In this document: positions 38,350 to 52,830 of the stretch, in pieces
Numbering within the stretch: the first letter of the stretch is position 1
How the letters are laid out: every line of letters starts with the position of its first letter
Source: Selaginella moellendorffii
Lineage: Eukaryota > Plantae > Lycopodiophyta
Length of the DNA stretch: 64,000 bases
Direction: 5' to 3'
Assembly (NCBI RefSeq): GCF_000143415.4
Contig: NW_003314282.1
Coordinates: 887,374 to 951,373 of the forward strand
The notes under the pieces: generated by a model
Databases searched by the model: none
Told to the model about the DNA's origin: nothing
The model's input: the letters and a program-made list of their open reading frames with translations, nothing else
Position numbers and translations under genes: made by a program

Positions 38350-40100
38350 GGTTCACCGTGTTCTCGTCGAAACCTGCGCACCGGTGGTGGATTGCAGTGT
38401 AGGGCGCCTCCGAATCAAGCTTGGGCTTCATGCAGCGCCAGACAATCCGCAGTGCGGTGGCATGCCAAAGCGGATGGGATGCACCTTGACACGACCGGGG
38501 AACGCTGTGCCCAGCTCCACGATCGCCGGAGGCACCCGGGGCCAAAATTCAGGCGGCTCCTCAATGCACACAACGCCTGTTACTTCCAGCTGCGTCACAC
38601 AGCTGCTGCTCACCACCAGCTCCTGCACAAACTCGATCTCGTCACTGTCCCAGCACGGCATCCGCTTAGTCGAGTAGGAGGTGTCAATGTGCACCCGCAG
38701 TGGCGCGCGCCTGCTGCTCCACCCCGCAAGGCTCAAGCTCTGAAACACAAAAAGCAGTCCAAGTTTGTAACATACGATCCTTGAGAGAAAAAAATATATG
38801 GACCTTGATGGTGAGGCGAAAGATGTAAAGCGCCTCCAGGCCATGGAACGACTCCAAGAGCTGTGCGAGGTTAACGGATCTGGGCTCGAAGTCGGCCGAA
38901 TCCATAAACAGGTCGAGCTGCTTGATGCCACTGATGCTCGACCTCCTGCCAGACAACGCTGCAGCGCGGTGGCATGCCAAAGCGGATGGGATGCACTTTG
39001 ACACGACTGGGGAACGTTGCCTAGCTTCACGATCGCCGGAGGCACCTGGGGCCGAAATTCAGGCGGCTCCTCAATGCACATAACGCCTGTTACTTCGAGC
39101 TGCACCACGCAGCTGCCGAACTCCTGTACAAAGTCAATCTCGTCATTGTCCCAGCACGGCACCCGCTTGTTCGAGTAGGATGCATCGATGTGGACACGCA
39201 GTGGCGCCTGTCTGATGCTCGAGCTGCTTGATGCCACTGATGCTCGCCCTCCTGACAAACGGCTCGATAATTTTCTAGACGTGGGCACTGCCTCAGGAGG
39301 TATTGGTGAGCGTGAGCGTGTTGAGCTGGGACATGACCAGGCCCTGAACAATCCAAACTTGCCCATGTAGCACCACCATTCCACGTTGCACGTAGACAGT
39401 GAGAGCTCCACGTGAGGTACACATCCACCAGAGCTTGGGCATGTTGAGCACGAGAGAAAAGCTGGCAACGCTCCAGCCGGGGCCCCTGTGGGCGCGAATC
39501 CCGGAGGCTGTGGTTCTTGAGCAAATAGGTCGGCGGGAAGTATATGAGTGGGCACAACTCGATGAGCTGCTTCGTTGTGGCCACGTCCAAGTGTGTGCGT
39601 ATGACGAGCGCGGGAAGAATTAGAGCCGCTGCCTTGGTCGTGAGAGGGCCACCAAGATCGACACCATCGTCGATATGGAGGCACCTCCCTCCATAGCCTC
39701 CATAGCCTCCGTAGCGAGAATGGCGATCCACATTGATGCTGATGGTAAGGGAGTGGAGGATTTTTCCATTCACCGATAGCCAGTCAAGACAAGAGCGTAG
39801 CTACTTTGAGGAACCTGTGATTGCTGCTGCTGCCAAACCAGGAAAGGAGACCCTGTTGCGCATGCTCACCGGACGATTCCAACCTGAAATGCGTGACGAG
39901 CCTTGCCGGCTGTGCCCACCTCTTGCTCACCAGGCTACACCAATACAATTGGCGCGAGGAGATGAGCAGGGACAGGATCCGGATGGGAACGTCGTCGGGA
40001 AGATCGTCCATGGAGCTCGGATTGTTGTGCCTCTTGGTGATCCTCATCCGCTCCACCAAGAAGAGTAGCTCATGCATCTCGTCGGGAAGATCATCCAGTG
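38350..40100 (-). pseudogene. F-box gene relic with internally duplicated C-terminal segment
   Basis: SMDDLPDDVPIRILSLL..CSLVSKRW F-box; 38450-38710 is repeated at 38965-39210; frameshifts. Confidence 0.75.
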
Positions 40101-40289
40101 CGCTCTGCCACTTCGTCTGTTGGAGCAGCTGGAATCAACCATGCAGCTAGAATCAACAGCAGGAATCCAGGAGAGGAACGCATATATAAATCCATGTATA
40201 GCAAGCGTTTAAGTAGTAAAATTTTCCTGTTCATTCTTTCCATCATCAGTACAATTTATGTATAATATTTCAAATTATTGCAAAATTTT

Positions 40290-41600
40290 CCACAATATTA
40301 CAGCTCCAAAATGTTGCCAATGGTGCTATCCGTGATCGATGTGATCTCCTCCAAAAACACATCGTCTGAAAGTATTTGCCATCCAAGATTCATAGAATAT
40401 ATGACGAGGGTAGTCACATTTCCTAGCAACTACCCATGCTTTTACGGCTGCAAACCATTGGCAACTTCTTGCCCATCTTGAACGATTCCATCTCCAAAAT
40501 CCCCGTCTATGAAACTCAATGAAGGTGAGGATACTAGGTGGTGGCGAGTTCCTCCGGCTCTAAACACTCATCTGCCAGCTTGTGATCATCACAACCTTGG
40601 CCCTGCTGCGTCAACGTGTGATCGATTGCTGCTTGACAATGGGGTGGCAAAATCTTGGGAGATCAAGGCCAATTGTGTTTGTGTTGAGGATGTAACACTT
40701 GGACCATGTCCCAGAAGTAACACGAATCAAGTAGCTCCTATATTTTCTTAGTGATTCCATATATGCGATTTAGGAAGCAGCTCTTTCTTTTCTCAGCATC
40801 GGTTCTATTGGCATTTTTCTCTTCCCTGCTGTCTTTTTATAAAGAAAGAGAACTCAAAAGAAGATGTATACCTTGATGATCGTAGACATTTCGCCAGCTT
40901 GGCCTGCTGCGTTTCTGAGTGCATCGATAGCTGCTTCACAATGGTTTTCATTTGAGGTGGCAAAGTCTTGAGATCAAGGCCAACGTTGGTGTTGAGGCAT
41001 AGCTCTTGACCGTGTCAAGGATGTTAATTAATTAAGTCTTGTAGCCGTAGTATAGCTCCAATAACTTTGTGATTCCATAGATGTGCTTGCAGCCTCGGTA
41101 ATGTACAATTTTTTTCCCGCTGTTTTTAATTCACATTGTGTATATCAAAATAAATTACACTGTATATTAAAAACACATCATCCACTGAAAGTGTTTGTGC
41201 GCCCCATCCATCCAGATTCATATTGCTGCTAGAGAATATAGGTCTGTGGTGGTGGTGGCCGCTCCAGGGGCTCATCAAACTCGACATATGGCTGCTCCTC
41301 CATCCAAAACTGATCAAACTCCGTGTCTGAGCTTGAAAAAATCTCCTCAAGAAACTCTTCATCCACTTCTTTGGTGCTATGCATGCTTCTAGATTCATGT
41401 TGCAATTGCTGCTGAAAAACATTGGCATAAAAAACTGGGGACTCATCAAGCTCGACGAGTGGCTGCTTCTCCATTCAAGATTGATCAAACACCCCACTGC
41501 CAATGGGGCTAGGAAAGAGGTTCCCCAGAAACTCATCATCCATTGAAAACGTTTTCTCACCACTGAAATCATGTTGCTGCTGGAAAACATTGGCCACATA
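40290..41600 (-). pseudogene. Decayed double-MADS paralog(s) and acidic-tail fragment
   Basis: Colinear with 37100-37770; FLEEIFSS and WMEEQP motifs at 41200-41560. Confidence 0.7.
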
Positions 41601-41719
41601 AACTTAGTTCATGGAACTCAATAATGAAGCTGTGTGTACAACTAAGGGTTTATTTATCCAGTTTGGCTATATATATTTAGAATATTCATTATTTTGTTGA
41701 ACAAAGTTTAAATAAATGT

Positions 41720-44650
41720 ACTTGGGAGTGCATGGAATATGGAAAGGGATAAATAAACTATGCTAATATTAATATATGACATCATAAATGTACACTTGGA
41801 CCTCACATCATCCCCTCCTCTTAGAATAATAGGAGACCATCAGGGTTCTTTTGTAGATGGGCTAGGATTTGGAAGAACATCAGAAAGAGGCATTGGTAGA
41901 TCGATAGGTGGTATCAATTGTTTTTTATCCTTTTGTATAAAGCATTTCAACCATTATACATGCACAATTTATGGAGGATTGTCTTGCTGGACATCATGCC
42001 AAACTTCATAAACTTGTAGTCCAACTTGCCGCAACAACTAATACTGTCTTTTCCATTGAGCAAGGAGCCCTTTAGATAAACTACGTACCGTAAGATGGGG
42101 AAAACGGACTAACACCAAGTCATCTACTTTGTATTTTACAAGTGGACGATGATGGAAGTTGTAACATCGTTATTGTCCCACTTATACATGGCCTAAGTGT
42201 TCAATAGACTCTACTTGGACAAGTGGAAGAATGCTCATAAAATATTAATCCCACAACCTAGCATCAATAGCTTGTGGTAATTGTGAAGGTAAACCCAACT
42301 CCATTAATAATATTGGATCATGACCATATAAAAATTTATATGGCGAAGCACCAAGAAAACTCTGCACCCCTGTGATATATGCATATTAAAGAAATAATAA
42401 ATAACCATCCTAATCCGAATGTTGAAAGTTCACATACTTTACAATCATTCATTTAAAGTTTCTGAATGAGCCATTCTACCAAACCGTTTGACTGTGAATG
42501 ATAAACACTTGTGAAAATGTGGCATATCCCCAACTGAGATATCAAAATATAAAATGCCTCAGCCATAAATGCGGGACTACTATCCGAAAGAATCCACTAT
42601 AGACAAAAATGCTAGAACACCACTTGATTGAGGAGGAAGTATCGCAGTTACAGAGGCACTAGCAAGAGCACCAACTTCCACCCAACGAATCAAATAGTCA
42701 GAAGCAATAATAACATATTCATTATCAGTAGTCGATCGTGGAAAATGTTCCATAAAATTAAACACCACCAACTCAAACGGATAGGAAATTGCAATTGACT
42801 CTAACCGTCCTTCCGCGGCACAAAGGAGAGTATTACGAGCTTGGCACCAAACATAGCTACACATATATTAGATAACATCATGTCGCATCTCTAGCCAATA
42901 AAAAGACCTGCATAGCTTCTCAGTCATACAAGGATGTCCCATATGCCTGCCTAGAATAGGAAAATCATGGTAGGCATGGAGAAACTATGGAATAACAATT
43001 GAAGGCACCATCAGCCATAAATGATCATCAAGATCCGTCCCCACAAAATAAAGAAGGCCATTTTTAAGGCAATATTGAGAATGTAAATGCCTGAAAAGTA
43101 AGTCATCAGCAAGTGATGTAAGATTCTCAAACCCATCTCAAAGCTTTCGAATCCACAACTTAATCTTTTGAGCCTCATGAACCTTATCAAAAGAAGGTAG
43201 ATTTTGCTTTGCACCTTGTAAACACTAAACATCAAGTACAACAACCACTAACGGCACAGAATCCTCGTCTAGAAAATCCACAAATGCTACAATTGCAAGT
43301 TCGTAAAAAACGTGAGAAGAGAGTGGAGAAGGAAGAGAAGTTCAAGAAAGGGCATCAACATCAGCCATAAAACTCCTTAGGTGATAAACAATATCAAAAT
43401 CATATATCTAAAGTTTCAAAGCCTACTGAGTAATACGACAAACCAGGTTCTTTCACTTCAATAATGAAGTAAAGGCAACATGATCACCTAAAAGTAACAT
43501 TTGAGAACCATATAGATATGCATGAAGTTTCTTGAAACCCTAGACTGCTGCTAAACACTCTTCTGTCGTGGAGTAGTTCGCCTCTGCTTGTTGTAATATA
43601 TGGCTTATATATGCAATGGGATGGCACTGACTAGGCACATTTAGGCTCTTTTGCATCAACACACTTCCAAGACTAATATTAGAAGCATCCATACGCAAAA
43701 TAAAAGATCGAATGTAGTTAGGATATGATGAAACTGGAGGAATCATCAATAGCTCTTTGAGATCCACGAACGCCCAGTCATAATCCGAAGGCCAAATGAA
43801 AGAAGACATTGATGACTTCAACAACACTCATAACGGTGTAGTGGGTGATCGACAATGAATAGGAACCTTGATTGGATGAGCATCCTCGGTTGGAATCAAA
43901 TGACGTGTGGTAATCTTGGCCCTAGACAATAGGTCAAATTCAAAGAGATCAGAATACTTCTTTATGATCTAGCCAACCGCTGTAACACAAAGATTGTCGG
44001 AGGGATTAGAAAAGGGAAGATAGAAATCTAGGAGGAAGTAGTGGGGGGACAAAAGTAATGGAAGCAAAAGTAGAAGCAAAGGGACAAAAATGTATGAAAG
44101 TGAGAGGAATGGATAAAATATAAAGAAGTATGAAACAAAGGGGAGAAGTTTTAAAGTCACATTTAGCATAATTGCGCTGCAGCCAATCCATACCAAGGAT
44201 GAGGTCAAAAGTTTGACTTGGCACCACCCACAGTGATTACAACCCAAGTTTAAGATTGCTTACACACACAACTAAGTCCACCTCATCCCGTGCACATGCA
44301 TGTGTATGGCCGTTGCCATAAAGAATGAAATCTGGCTCCACCATTCGACGCAAGTGTAGACAGCAATGTGTGGCAACAGGTCAAGCAATAAAAGATAAAC
44401 TCGAACTTGTATCAACCAATATGGAGAGAGTAATAGGAGACTGCTTATTATAAAAACAAGTTTAGAAAGTAAACATTAGATGAACTAGTGCCGAATGAAC
44501 CCCTTAATAATACTTTCGAAAGAAAGATGGAGGGGTTATTGACTTATTCACACAAGGTCCCTTCATTACTTGTGTGATTCCTCATTTCCTGGATGCATCT
44601 TGATGTTTAAACCTTTGATTGCAACAAGCTGCTCAATTGAGATCAACAAG
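41720..44650 (-). mobile_element. Decayed Ty3/gypsy of the 25367 family, lacking most of RT and gag
   Basis: Colinear with 25370-29100; RT segment deleted near 43845; partial LTR and PPT at 41720-41825. Confidence 0.9.
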
Positions 44651-44891
44651 GCACAAGTAGCTTGCAAGTGTTGAGAACACCACTTGAAACAATGTGGTAA
44701 TGGAGTCCAGAGTCTCACTTCCTTGTAAGAACTGGATAGAAGATAATTATTTTTTACCAAGAGCCTGATCGGTTCTCCAGTCATTTTAGCCACTAAGGCG
44801 ATCAGAAGGTTGTATTGATGTTCATATGTGTATGCTGTATGTACACAATCTAGAATACTCACGGGACCAAGAGCTTAAACACTTAAGTTTG

Positions 44892-47800
44892 TGTCGCGAA
44901 TGTGACTTCGGGTATCGAAAGTTACCTGTCGACCAGTCCTTACGGACACTCTTACCTTACTGCCACGATGGCAAGAGGTCAGTATTGCTGGACCCTTTAT
45001 CAGTCCCTCTTGTTCAAGTGTTAGTAAACTGGACTTTGCATCTGTACTTGGCCAGATGAGCATAAGGACGGAATTCCTAAGTGTCTATTTAGCCAAGCAT
45101 ACTTGGCCTGGCTTTTTAGTTCTCTTTTTCTCTGTCTTGCACTGGCTTGACAAGAACCCTTGCGTATTGAGATTGGTCCCTCAATATCGCTACATGATAG
45201 CTTACCGTGTCTGCCAAACACCCTCGTTATCATGCCCTTTGTGTTAGTCTCATTTCGGTCCCAAATGCTATTTATAGAAAGTGTCCAGATTTGCTCATTT
45301 GGCATATCTACGGAATATGGAGATTGGCCTGAACACAATGGTGTTCGTCCCGTGTCCAAATTCGCATTTTAGCGCCATTCCATATTTAGTAAGTTTTGAG
45401 CTTGTCCCAGAGACTAACTCCTGATACTAAGGGAGGCTTGGGGTGAAAGCCCAAAGCGTGTGTTCCTCAAGGGGGGGGGCTATGGGGGGTTCCAAATGTA
45501 TAGTAGGGATAGTGGGTAGGTCGGGCATGGCCGACCAACCTGAGGCATAGTCTAGCTCCCGCTTGCGTGCCTGTCCTTGTTCTGCGTCCGGCTTGGGTCT
45601 AAGCCCAAGTTCCATTCCATGCTAGCTGGTGGAGTACCCATGTCCTCGTGTTAGGCCACTGGTATGCCGAAATAGCGCCAGACTCCGTTTGGCTCCGTTT
45701 TGTGTGCTGGTCCTGGCATTAGGATGCTGGTTACTCTAGGACTGTTCCAAGTCGCTCCGGGCTCCTGTCCCTTCGCTCCTTGGGCTTTATGCTCGGGAGT
45801 TGCTCCGTGGTTCAGTTCCGTCACTCCTTGGCTCTATGCTTGGGAGTTTGGCACCGTTCCTTCGTTCAGTGGCCCAAGGCCCTGAACCTCGGGTTCCTAT
45901 GGACACGTGGCATGGACACGTGGCATGTGACACGTGGCATCTGTCACGTGGCACAAAGAGGGTTTAGGTTCCGCTTCGTGGTGTTATCCTATGGTAAATC
46001 ACCATAGGATAAAGGGTCAAAACCACGTGCGCTACATTTGGTATCAGAGGATGAGTCTCAGCGAGTACTATCCAATGAGATTGGGCAACTAGTCTCGTTG
46101 CATACGCAGAGATGAAAACAATGATCCGAGTGGGTACATGTTTGGGTGCAAAGGCTTCGCAATTGTTCCTTGGGTATGGATTTAGTTACCTTTTGTACCA
46201 TAATAATGTGAGCTTGCTCTTGGGCTCATAAGAGGGATTGAGATGTTTCCTTTGGCACGAGTTTGCGCTTGGGCTCGTGAGTGAGGCACATTAGCAACTC
46301 AAGGTTACACTTTGAGTTGGCAGGATTAATGTTAGTCTATCGGTGGTTCAATGAGTTGTTCCGTGTACCGTTGGTAAAAGCAAACCTTCCCTGAGTTTGC
46401 TATAAGTGGCAAATAGGCTGGTCCATAGCTGTTTAGCATGGCACTGGTGGATCCTTCCTAAGCATGATTACAAGTGGATCAATTAAGACTGTAGGAATTA
46501 GTCTAATGGTTCAAGTAGTCATTGCCGTGCTCTCTCATAAACTTTTCTTGGATTGGACTAAAGGCAGTGTGAAAGCAAGCTTGAAGTTTAGTCAAAGATG
46601 AGACCGAAAAGAGAGTCGTCAGGGACGAAGGATCAAACACATAAATCATCTTCTCTTCTTGGAGAGATGATTTGCAACGAGGTGTGACTCATTGCTCGTG
46701 TTCACATTATGCAATCAAGAGTCCCTACCTTGATGCATGTTGGAGATGATGGTCTTACAAATGGTGAGTTGTGGGATGGATAGCGGTGAAGCACTAAACC
46801 ATTTTGTCTAGGCTTGCTATTGGAAGACTTGAGTTACAATGCTCAATTCTTTTCCGGGGAACTTTGCTATTGCTCCTTGAGTAGCTTGGTGTTGGATTAG
46901 TTTTGAGTTTGGTCAAAAAGAGAGTGGCATGAGTTTGTCCGTGTTGTGAACAAAAGTTAGTGGTGTTGAGTGTTGTAAATTTTTATCGGTGGGGTGTGGC
47001 ATTTATGTTACATTTTGTCGAATTGAGTTGACACTTGATACTCACTTAAACCTTTGTAGTAGTGACATGGGCATTGCTCATAGTGTTGCTTGATTGATGA
47101 TCAAGTCATTGTGATTTATATCATATCCATGTGATAATGAGCAATGTGTTTACGAAGTTGCTTGGGTAGATGATGATCAACCCCAAAGTGGTTGATGGAG
47201 AAGCTAATCTACTTGCAAGTAGTAGCATTGTAGTAGCTTTGACTGGATTCTCGATGGTGGTCCATTATGCTAAGCTTAAGTTGGTTCCTTGTACTTTGTT
47301 TCCATGAGGATTTGTCCATAAGGTGTTGGAAAAGGTTATAGCATTCACTTGCTATGGCTTGTTGGTTGATCCGTTAGCACTTGAAGTAGATTATTGGATG
47401 GAGAAGGTGTGTAATTGAGGTATTGACATTGCTAGCACTTGTGTTAGTGAAAGTGGCATTGTTGTTCGAGTGATGAGGAATTTTCCTTAGACCTTGATTT
47501 TCCGTGTCATTTTTCTTGTTAGTGTTTTAGCTTCACATTGGATCTTGAAGGTGATTGAAGAAGAGTGTTAGTGCAATATGGATATCCGAAGATGTGGTCT
47601 TCGTGATCAAGCTTTAGATATTCACTTTGCATTTTATGGATGTCGGTGTTGGATGTCGGAAGTATGGGCAAAAAAAAGATGTTCGAAGTTTAAACATACT
47701 ATGGATCATGAGAATTGATGTTGAAGTGAACCTATGTGAAGGTGTAGGTAGGAGGAAGTTGGTTGAGTCTTGGAAGTTTGTATTTCTAGACTAAGAGTCA

Positions 47801-50800
47801 TTCTTTCTCTAGGATGAAAAATTTTTCCACAAATTTTCTTAGGCTTTTCCAATGGCTGATCTGTTGATCACTTTGTCCGAAAACCATTCCGTTTTCGTAA
47901 GCCGGTACAAACTAGTGAAGGGGTTGGAGTTGACATCGGTTGGCTTAGACCTTGGTAGGTAGTTTGTATGATGCGACCCGAAAGGGATGCTGACTTTTGA
48001 AGCTAAAGCAATTGAGTTGGATAGAGTCTGGAGTTGGTGTAGAAAAGTGGCCATTGCACTTTTCTAAGAAGGGTGACCCTTGTACCTTTCTTCTGTGTTA
48101 TGCTTGGTGGCAGGTTGCACCCTGCATTTCATTAGACTCTATGAGAGTAGTGAGCTCTCACTAATCTTGACTTGGTCTTGGTGGTTTTGCGCCTTGGCTG
48201 AGAATGGTGATGTCCAACTTAGTTGTTTAAGGTTAAGATGTTGGTACCCGTACTATAGCTTTGTCTAAGTGGAGGTTGTGTACCGATATGAGTCCATCTC
48301 ATGGTCTTCACTTAAGTTTTAACTTAGTGTTGATCATGCATAGCTAGCCTCTTCAAGGTATGCTCAGAGCTATTGACTAGATGTATTGATGAGCTTATCG
48401 CGGTTGAGTTGGATTCGAGTGGTCATTTGGTTTGTGCTTGTCTATGAACTTTTATCTTATACCTGAGGTATCACGTTCATACTAGACAAGTATATGACTC
48501 GATGGCAGGAGTTTAGTGTTTGGGTCTTGTGAAGGCAAGTTGAAGAGTGATTGTTGGTTGCCTTGCGACTAATGGTTGCTTATAGACTTCGTCGAGGACC
48601 TTTGATACTTGCTTCGCTCGATGATGATTTAGCGGTGATGGGCTTGCTTTACCAGATGGTGTTGCGGAGGATCGTGTCGTTACACTTACGTGTGTTTTCC
48701 ATGTTGGCATTTTCGACTCTACCTCTGTCAATATCATTTGGTTACGTTTGGTCCGTGGTGTTGGATTTCATTGAGTCTTGGATGTGGTGATTCACTCCTT
48801 GAGGAAGTGTTATCTGTACCTGAGTAATGTTGAAGGTTTGGTCTCAGACACTAACTAAAGTATCTTCGACCTTAGTTAGTTTGGTTGCTAGAAAGTTTTG
48901 AGTGGTGATTCACTCTTGCTTTCTTCTAGCTTTGTTCTAGTGTTGATGGCATTGAAGTGATGCCTTGTCGTTGACATTGTTGATATTGAAATTTCAGTGA
49001 AATGAGATGTCTTTCCGCAAGATTGATGTCGAGTTTCATTTGTCTTGATGAAGATAGTGTTGATGATTTGGCCATGGCTTGTGTTATTGGCATTGGTGCA
49101 TTTGCTAGTTAGCAACTATATTAGCATTCAAACGAACCGAGTGGCAAGTTTGAGTTAGTGTGTTCTAGATGAGATTATTTAGTAGGGGTTGAGCTTTGAG
49201 CTTTTCCTTGAAAAGTGATTTAGTCATGGACTATGCTAACTCTACAAGTGGGAGAGTTAGTGATCGATATTGGAATATTTGAATCCTTGTGGGATTTTAA
49301 TTGAAATATATCGATCATTGATAATTCTTCTTGTGCTTGTTATGAAGTGAGTTACGTCTTGCTATAAATGGATTCATGGAGGATCGTTTGGTGATCACAT
49401 GTTGAGCATAGCTTCGTTATGCTTAGCTTTTAGATTGATGCAGATATGCTCTTCATTAGCTTTGGCATTATGAAGTCTAGCTTATGGATGTGTTGAGGAA
49501 TATATTGTGGGTTGCACCATGATTTCTTTTTTAGCATTGAAGTTAGTTCATGTGAGACTTGTGATCATTGTTAGGAAAGACTTGGCTATAGACTCCTTCA
49601 AGCTTTTGGTTCTTTGAGTTTTATGTTGTTCCATTTGTTAGAAGTTGTTGGGGAAGGCATTATGGCTCATTAGCTTCAATATTGAAGTTGGCCTTTGCAT
49701 TTTTGCAGTCATTGGTGATGATTGACTATCATCTTAGATAGTTGATTATTCTTGTCAAGAGTTTTGCTTGAATATTGTTGATATAGACTGAGTTGTTGTT
49801 CTTCGGGATGGTAAATTCTTTCTTTAACGATGATTATGCATCTCTTTGTTGATGGAATGATTGATGATCTTTCATGATGGTTAGTTGTTCTCTTTGATAG
49901 CTTATGGCTTTTCGCAATACCACATGTTCTTTGTGGTTTGCTCTGGATTGGTCTCTTGGGTTTGAGATATTAATAGGATGTTGCTGACACTTGCTTAGGC
50001 AACTTGAGTTCCTTAGTGTTGTTGGTTGGGATCTATTCGGATTGACTCATGTGATAGTTGGCATGACTGAGGGTTTGTTGGTCTTACCGCATTCATTCTC
50101 TTCTGTTGATTGTTACTCGAGTTAGTTTTGATAGATTTGGATGTTATTTCCTTTGGGTGATACATTCGCGAGCATTGTGTTTGTCAGTCAATGATACTTT
50201 GTGTTCTTTGAGTTATCTCTAGTAAGTTGTTGGCTTACTATTTGCTATTTTCAGTAGTTAAGTTTCATCATTAAGTTTATTTGATGATATACTTGCTATT
50301 GAATTTTGTTGGATGGTAAATCCTATGTTTCCAAAAATGATGATCTTGGTGGTTCCTATCCTATAATACTAGTTTATTGGATGATAACTTACTTGGAATA
50401 CTTTTGTGTTCTAATCTAAGATATATTCACTGATAATTAAGACTCTAAGATATCATTGTCTATGACTTTGATATTGTCCATCTATTCATCTTCGAGTTTG
50501 GGCCAGTATAGGCAGACTAGCTTCGGCACTTCGTGTGCATGGTGAAATCTCTAGTCATGGGGTAGCTACTGTTGACTGGTCACATAACCTGCCTCTTTGT
50601 CGATGTTCCTTGTTCCGTTGAAAGGGCGTGACCGTGTAAAACAACTCTAACTGCCTGTTTACAGTAGTCTATCTAAACCTTACCGACGGGTTTGGTTTCT
50701 TTGCTTAGGAGGGTTGGGGCCTTTGGCTTCTCTCTCTATGTTCCTGCGGGCAGGGGCATATCACACTTTTGTAGCTGGGTGACTCCCAGAGCAGCAAGGG

Positions 50801-52158
50801 TGGCTGACTCTGTTGGTCATTTCCTTGTCGGCGACGGCCGGAAGGTGTCTGAGCTGGTAGCGCATCCGTGTTAGACAAAGAGGTTACCCCTAACTCATTT
50901 AAGTTGGTGCATTTCTCACATAGTGTGAGTACCGTGAACTTTTTTTGGAGTTGTTTCCTTGGCGGTATTCTAGACTCGAGTATGCATCGACGAGGACGTC
51001 GATCTTCCCTAGGGGGGGAGAGTGTCGCGAATGTGACTTCGGGTATCGAAAGTTATCTGTCGACCAGTCCTTACGGACACTCTTACCTTACTGCCACGAT
51101 GGCAAGAGGTCGGTATTGCTGGACCCTTTATCAGTCCCTCTTGTTCAAGTGTTAGTAAACTGGACTTTGCATCTGTACTTGGCCGGATGAGCATAAGGAC
51201 GGAATTCCTAAGTGTCTATTTAGCCAAGCATACTTGGCCTGGCTTTTTAGTTCTCTTTTGCTCTGTCTTGCACTGGCTTGACAAGAACCCTTGCGTATTG
51301 AGATTGGTCCCTCAATATCGCTACATGATAGCTTACCGTGTCTGCCAAACACCCTCGTTATCATGCCCTTTGTGTTAGTCTCATTTCGGTCCCAAATGCT
51401 ATTTATAGAAAGTGTCCAGATTTGCTCATTTGGCATATCTACGAAATATGGAGATCGGCCTGAACACAATGGTGTTCATCCCGTGTCCAAATTCGCATTT
51501 TAGCGCCATTCCATATTTAGTAAGTTTTGAGCTTGTCCCAGAGACTAACTCCTGATACTAAGGGAGGCTTGGGGTGAAAGCCCAAAGCGTGTGTTCCTCA
51601 AGGGGGGGGGGGGGCTATGGGGGGTTCCAAATGTATAGTAGGGATAGTGGGTAGGTCGGGCATGGCCGACCAACCTGAGGCATAGTCTAGCTCCCGCTTG
51701 CGTGCTTGTTCTTGTTCTGCGTCCGACTTGGGTCTAAGCCCAAGTTCCATTCCATGCTAGCTGGTGGAGTACCCATGTCCTCGTGTTAGGCCACTGGTAT
51801 GCCGAAATAGCGCCAGACTCCGTTTGGCTCTGTTTTGTGTGCTGGTCTTGGCATTAGGATGCTGGTTACTCTAGGACTGTTCCAAGTCGCTCCGGGCTCC
51901 TGTCCCTTCGCTCCTTGGGCTTTATGCTCGGGAGTTGCTCCGTGGTTCAGTTCCGTCACTCCTTGGCTCTATGCTTGGGAGTTTGGCACCGTTCCTTCGT
52001 TCAGTGGCCCAAGGCCCTGAACCTCGGGTTCCTATGGACACGTGGCATGTGACACGTGGCATCTGTCACATGGCACAAAGAGGGTTTAGGTTCCGCTTCG
52101 TGGTGTTATCCTATGGTAAATCACCATAGGATAAAGGGTCAAAACCACGTGCGCTACA
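44892..52158 (+). mobile_element. Non-autonomous LTR element (LARD-like, probably Copia-derived); LTRs 44892-46036 and 51023-52158
   Basis: TG..CA, 5-bp TSD GTTTG, PBS TGGTATCAGAG at 46039, PPT agggggggagag 51011-51022, near-identical ~1.14-kb LTRs, 5-kb interior with no real ORF. Confidence 0.93.
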
Positions 52159-52229
52159 GTTTGTCAAGAGTAGCTGTTGGATACAGTCCACCTTTCCGCA
52201 ATGGGAATGATTTGATACGATCTCAAGCA

Positions 52230-52830
52230 TCATTTAGAATTCATAGCAAGGATGCCAGCTCGGTGTCGATGTAGGCCACTTTTTACCATTAACTCCATTT
52301 AAGCCAAACGGCAGCTGCACGGCTTTGTCAGTTTGGAATTCGCCAAGGACTTTGGTGATTGTCATCGTTTCTATACCACCTGGTGCATGAGGATGGAGCG
52401 AGAGAGAGAGAGAGAGAACAGCAAAGAAGTATACCACTGAGAAGATCATCCAAAAGTTGGCTTCCAGTATCACAGATTTTCACTCATTCCCAGCCTCATT
52501 CCCAGTGGTATAGCTGACTTGCCAGAGTAGTTGCGATCCAAGGCACTTACCACTATCTTTTCTGCCACTTCCAGGATCTTGTCGACCTTTGCTTCAGACA
52601 ATCCCATTAAGCTCTGGCAAATAGAAGAAAATCTGATGAGGGAAAAAGAAAAGATTGATTGATTCGCACCTTCTTTGTTTGCAATCCATTGCATGTACAA
52701 CTTCCGGCATCCTGGAGCTTTTTCACATCCCCGGCATTGATTTGGAAGAACAAGTTATCTAGAAGGCCAAATGATCTCTCTAAAGACTTATGTGTCGATC
52801 GTCTCAAAGGTCCTCCTCCTCATGCGCACT
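52230..52830 (-). pseudogene. DMC1: DMC1 (meiotic RecA-family recombinase) intron-containing relic
   Basis: INAGDVKKLQDAG..TCNGL, GLSEAKVDKILE.AEKIV, GGIET..IT..GEF, GxNGK segments; frameshifts and deletions. Confidence 0.85.

Noticed and set aside
38428-39684. 418-aa ORF as an intact gene
   Set aside because: Chimera of shifted frames and an internal duplication of an F-box relic
44826-46007. Short ORFs repeated at 50945-52129
   Set aside because: They are the two LTR copies of one element, not conserved genes
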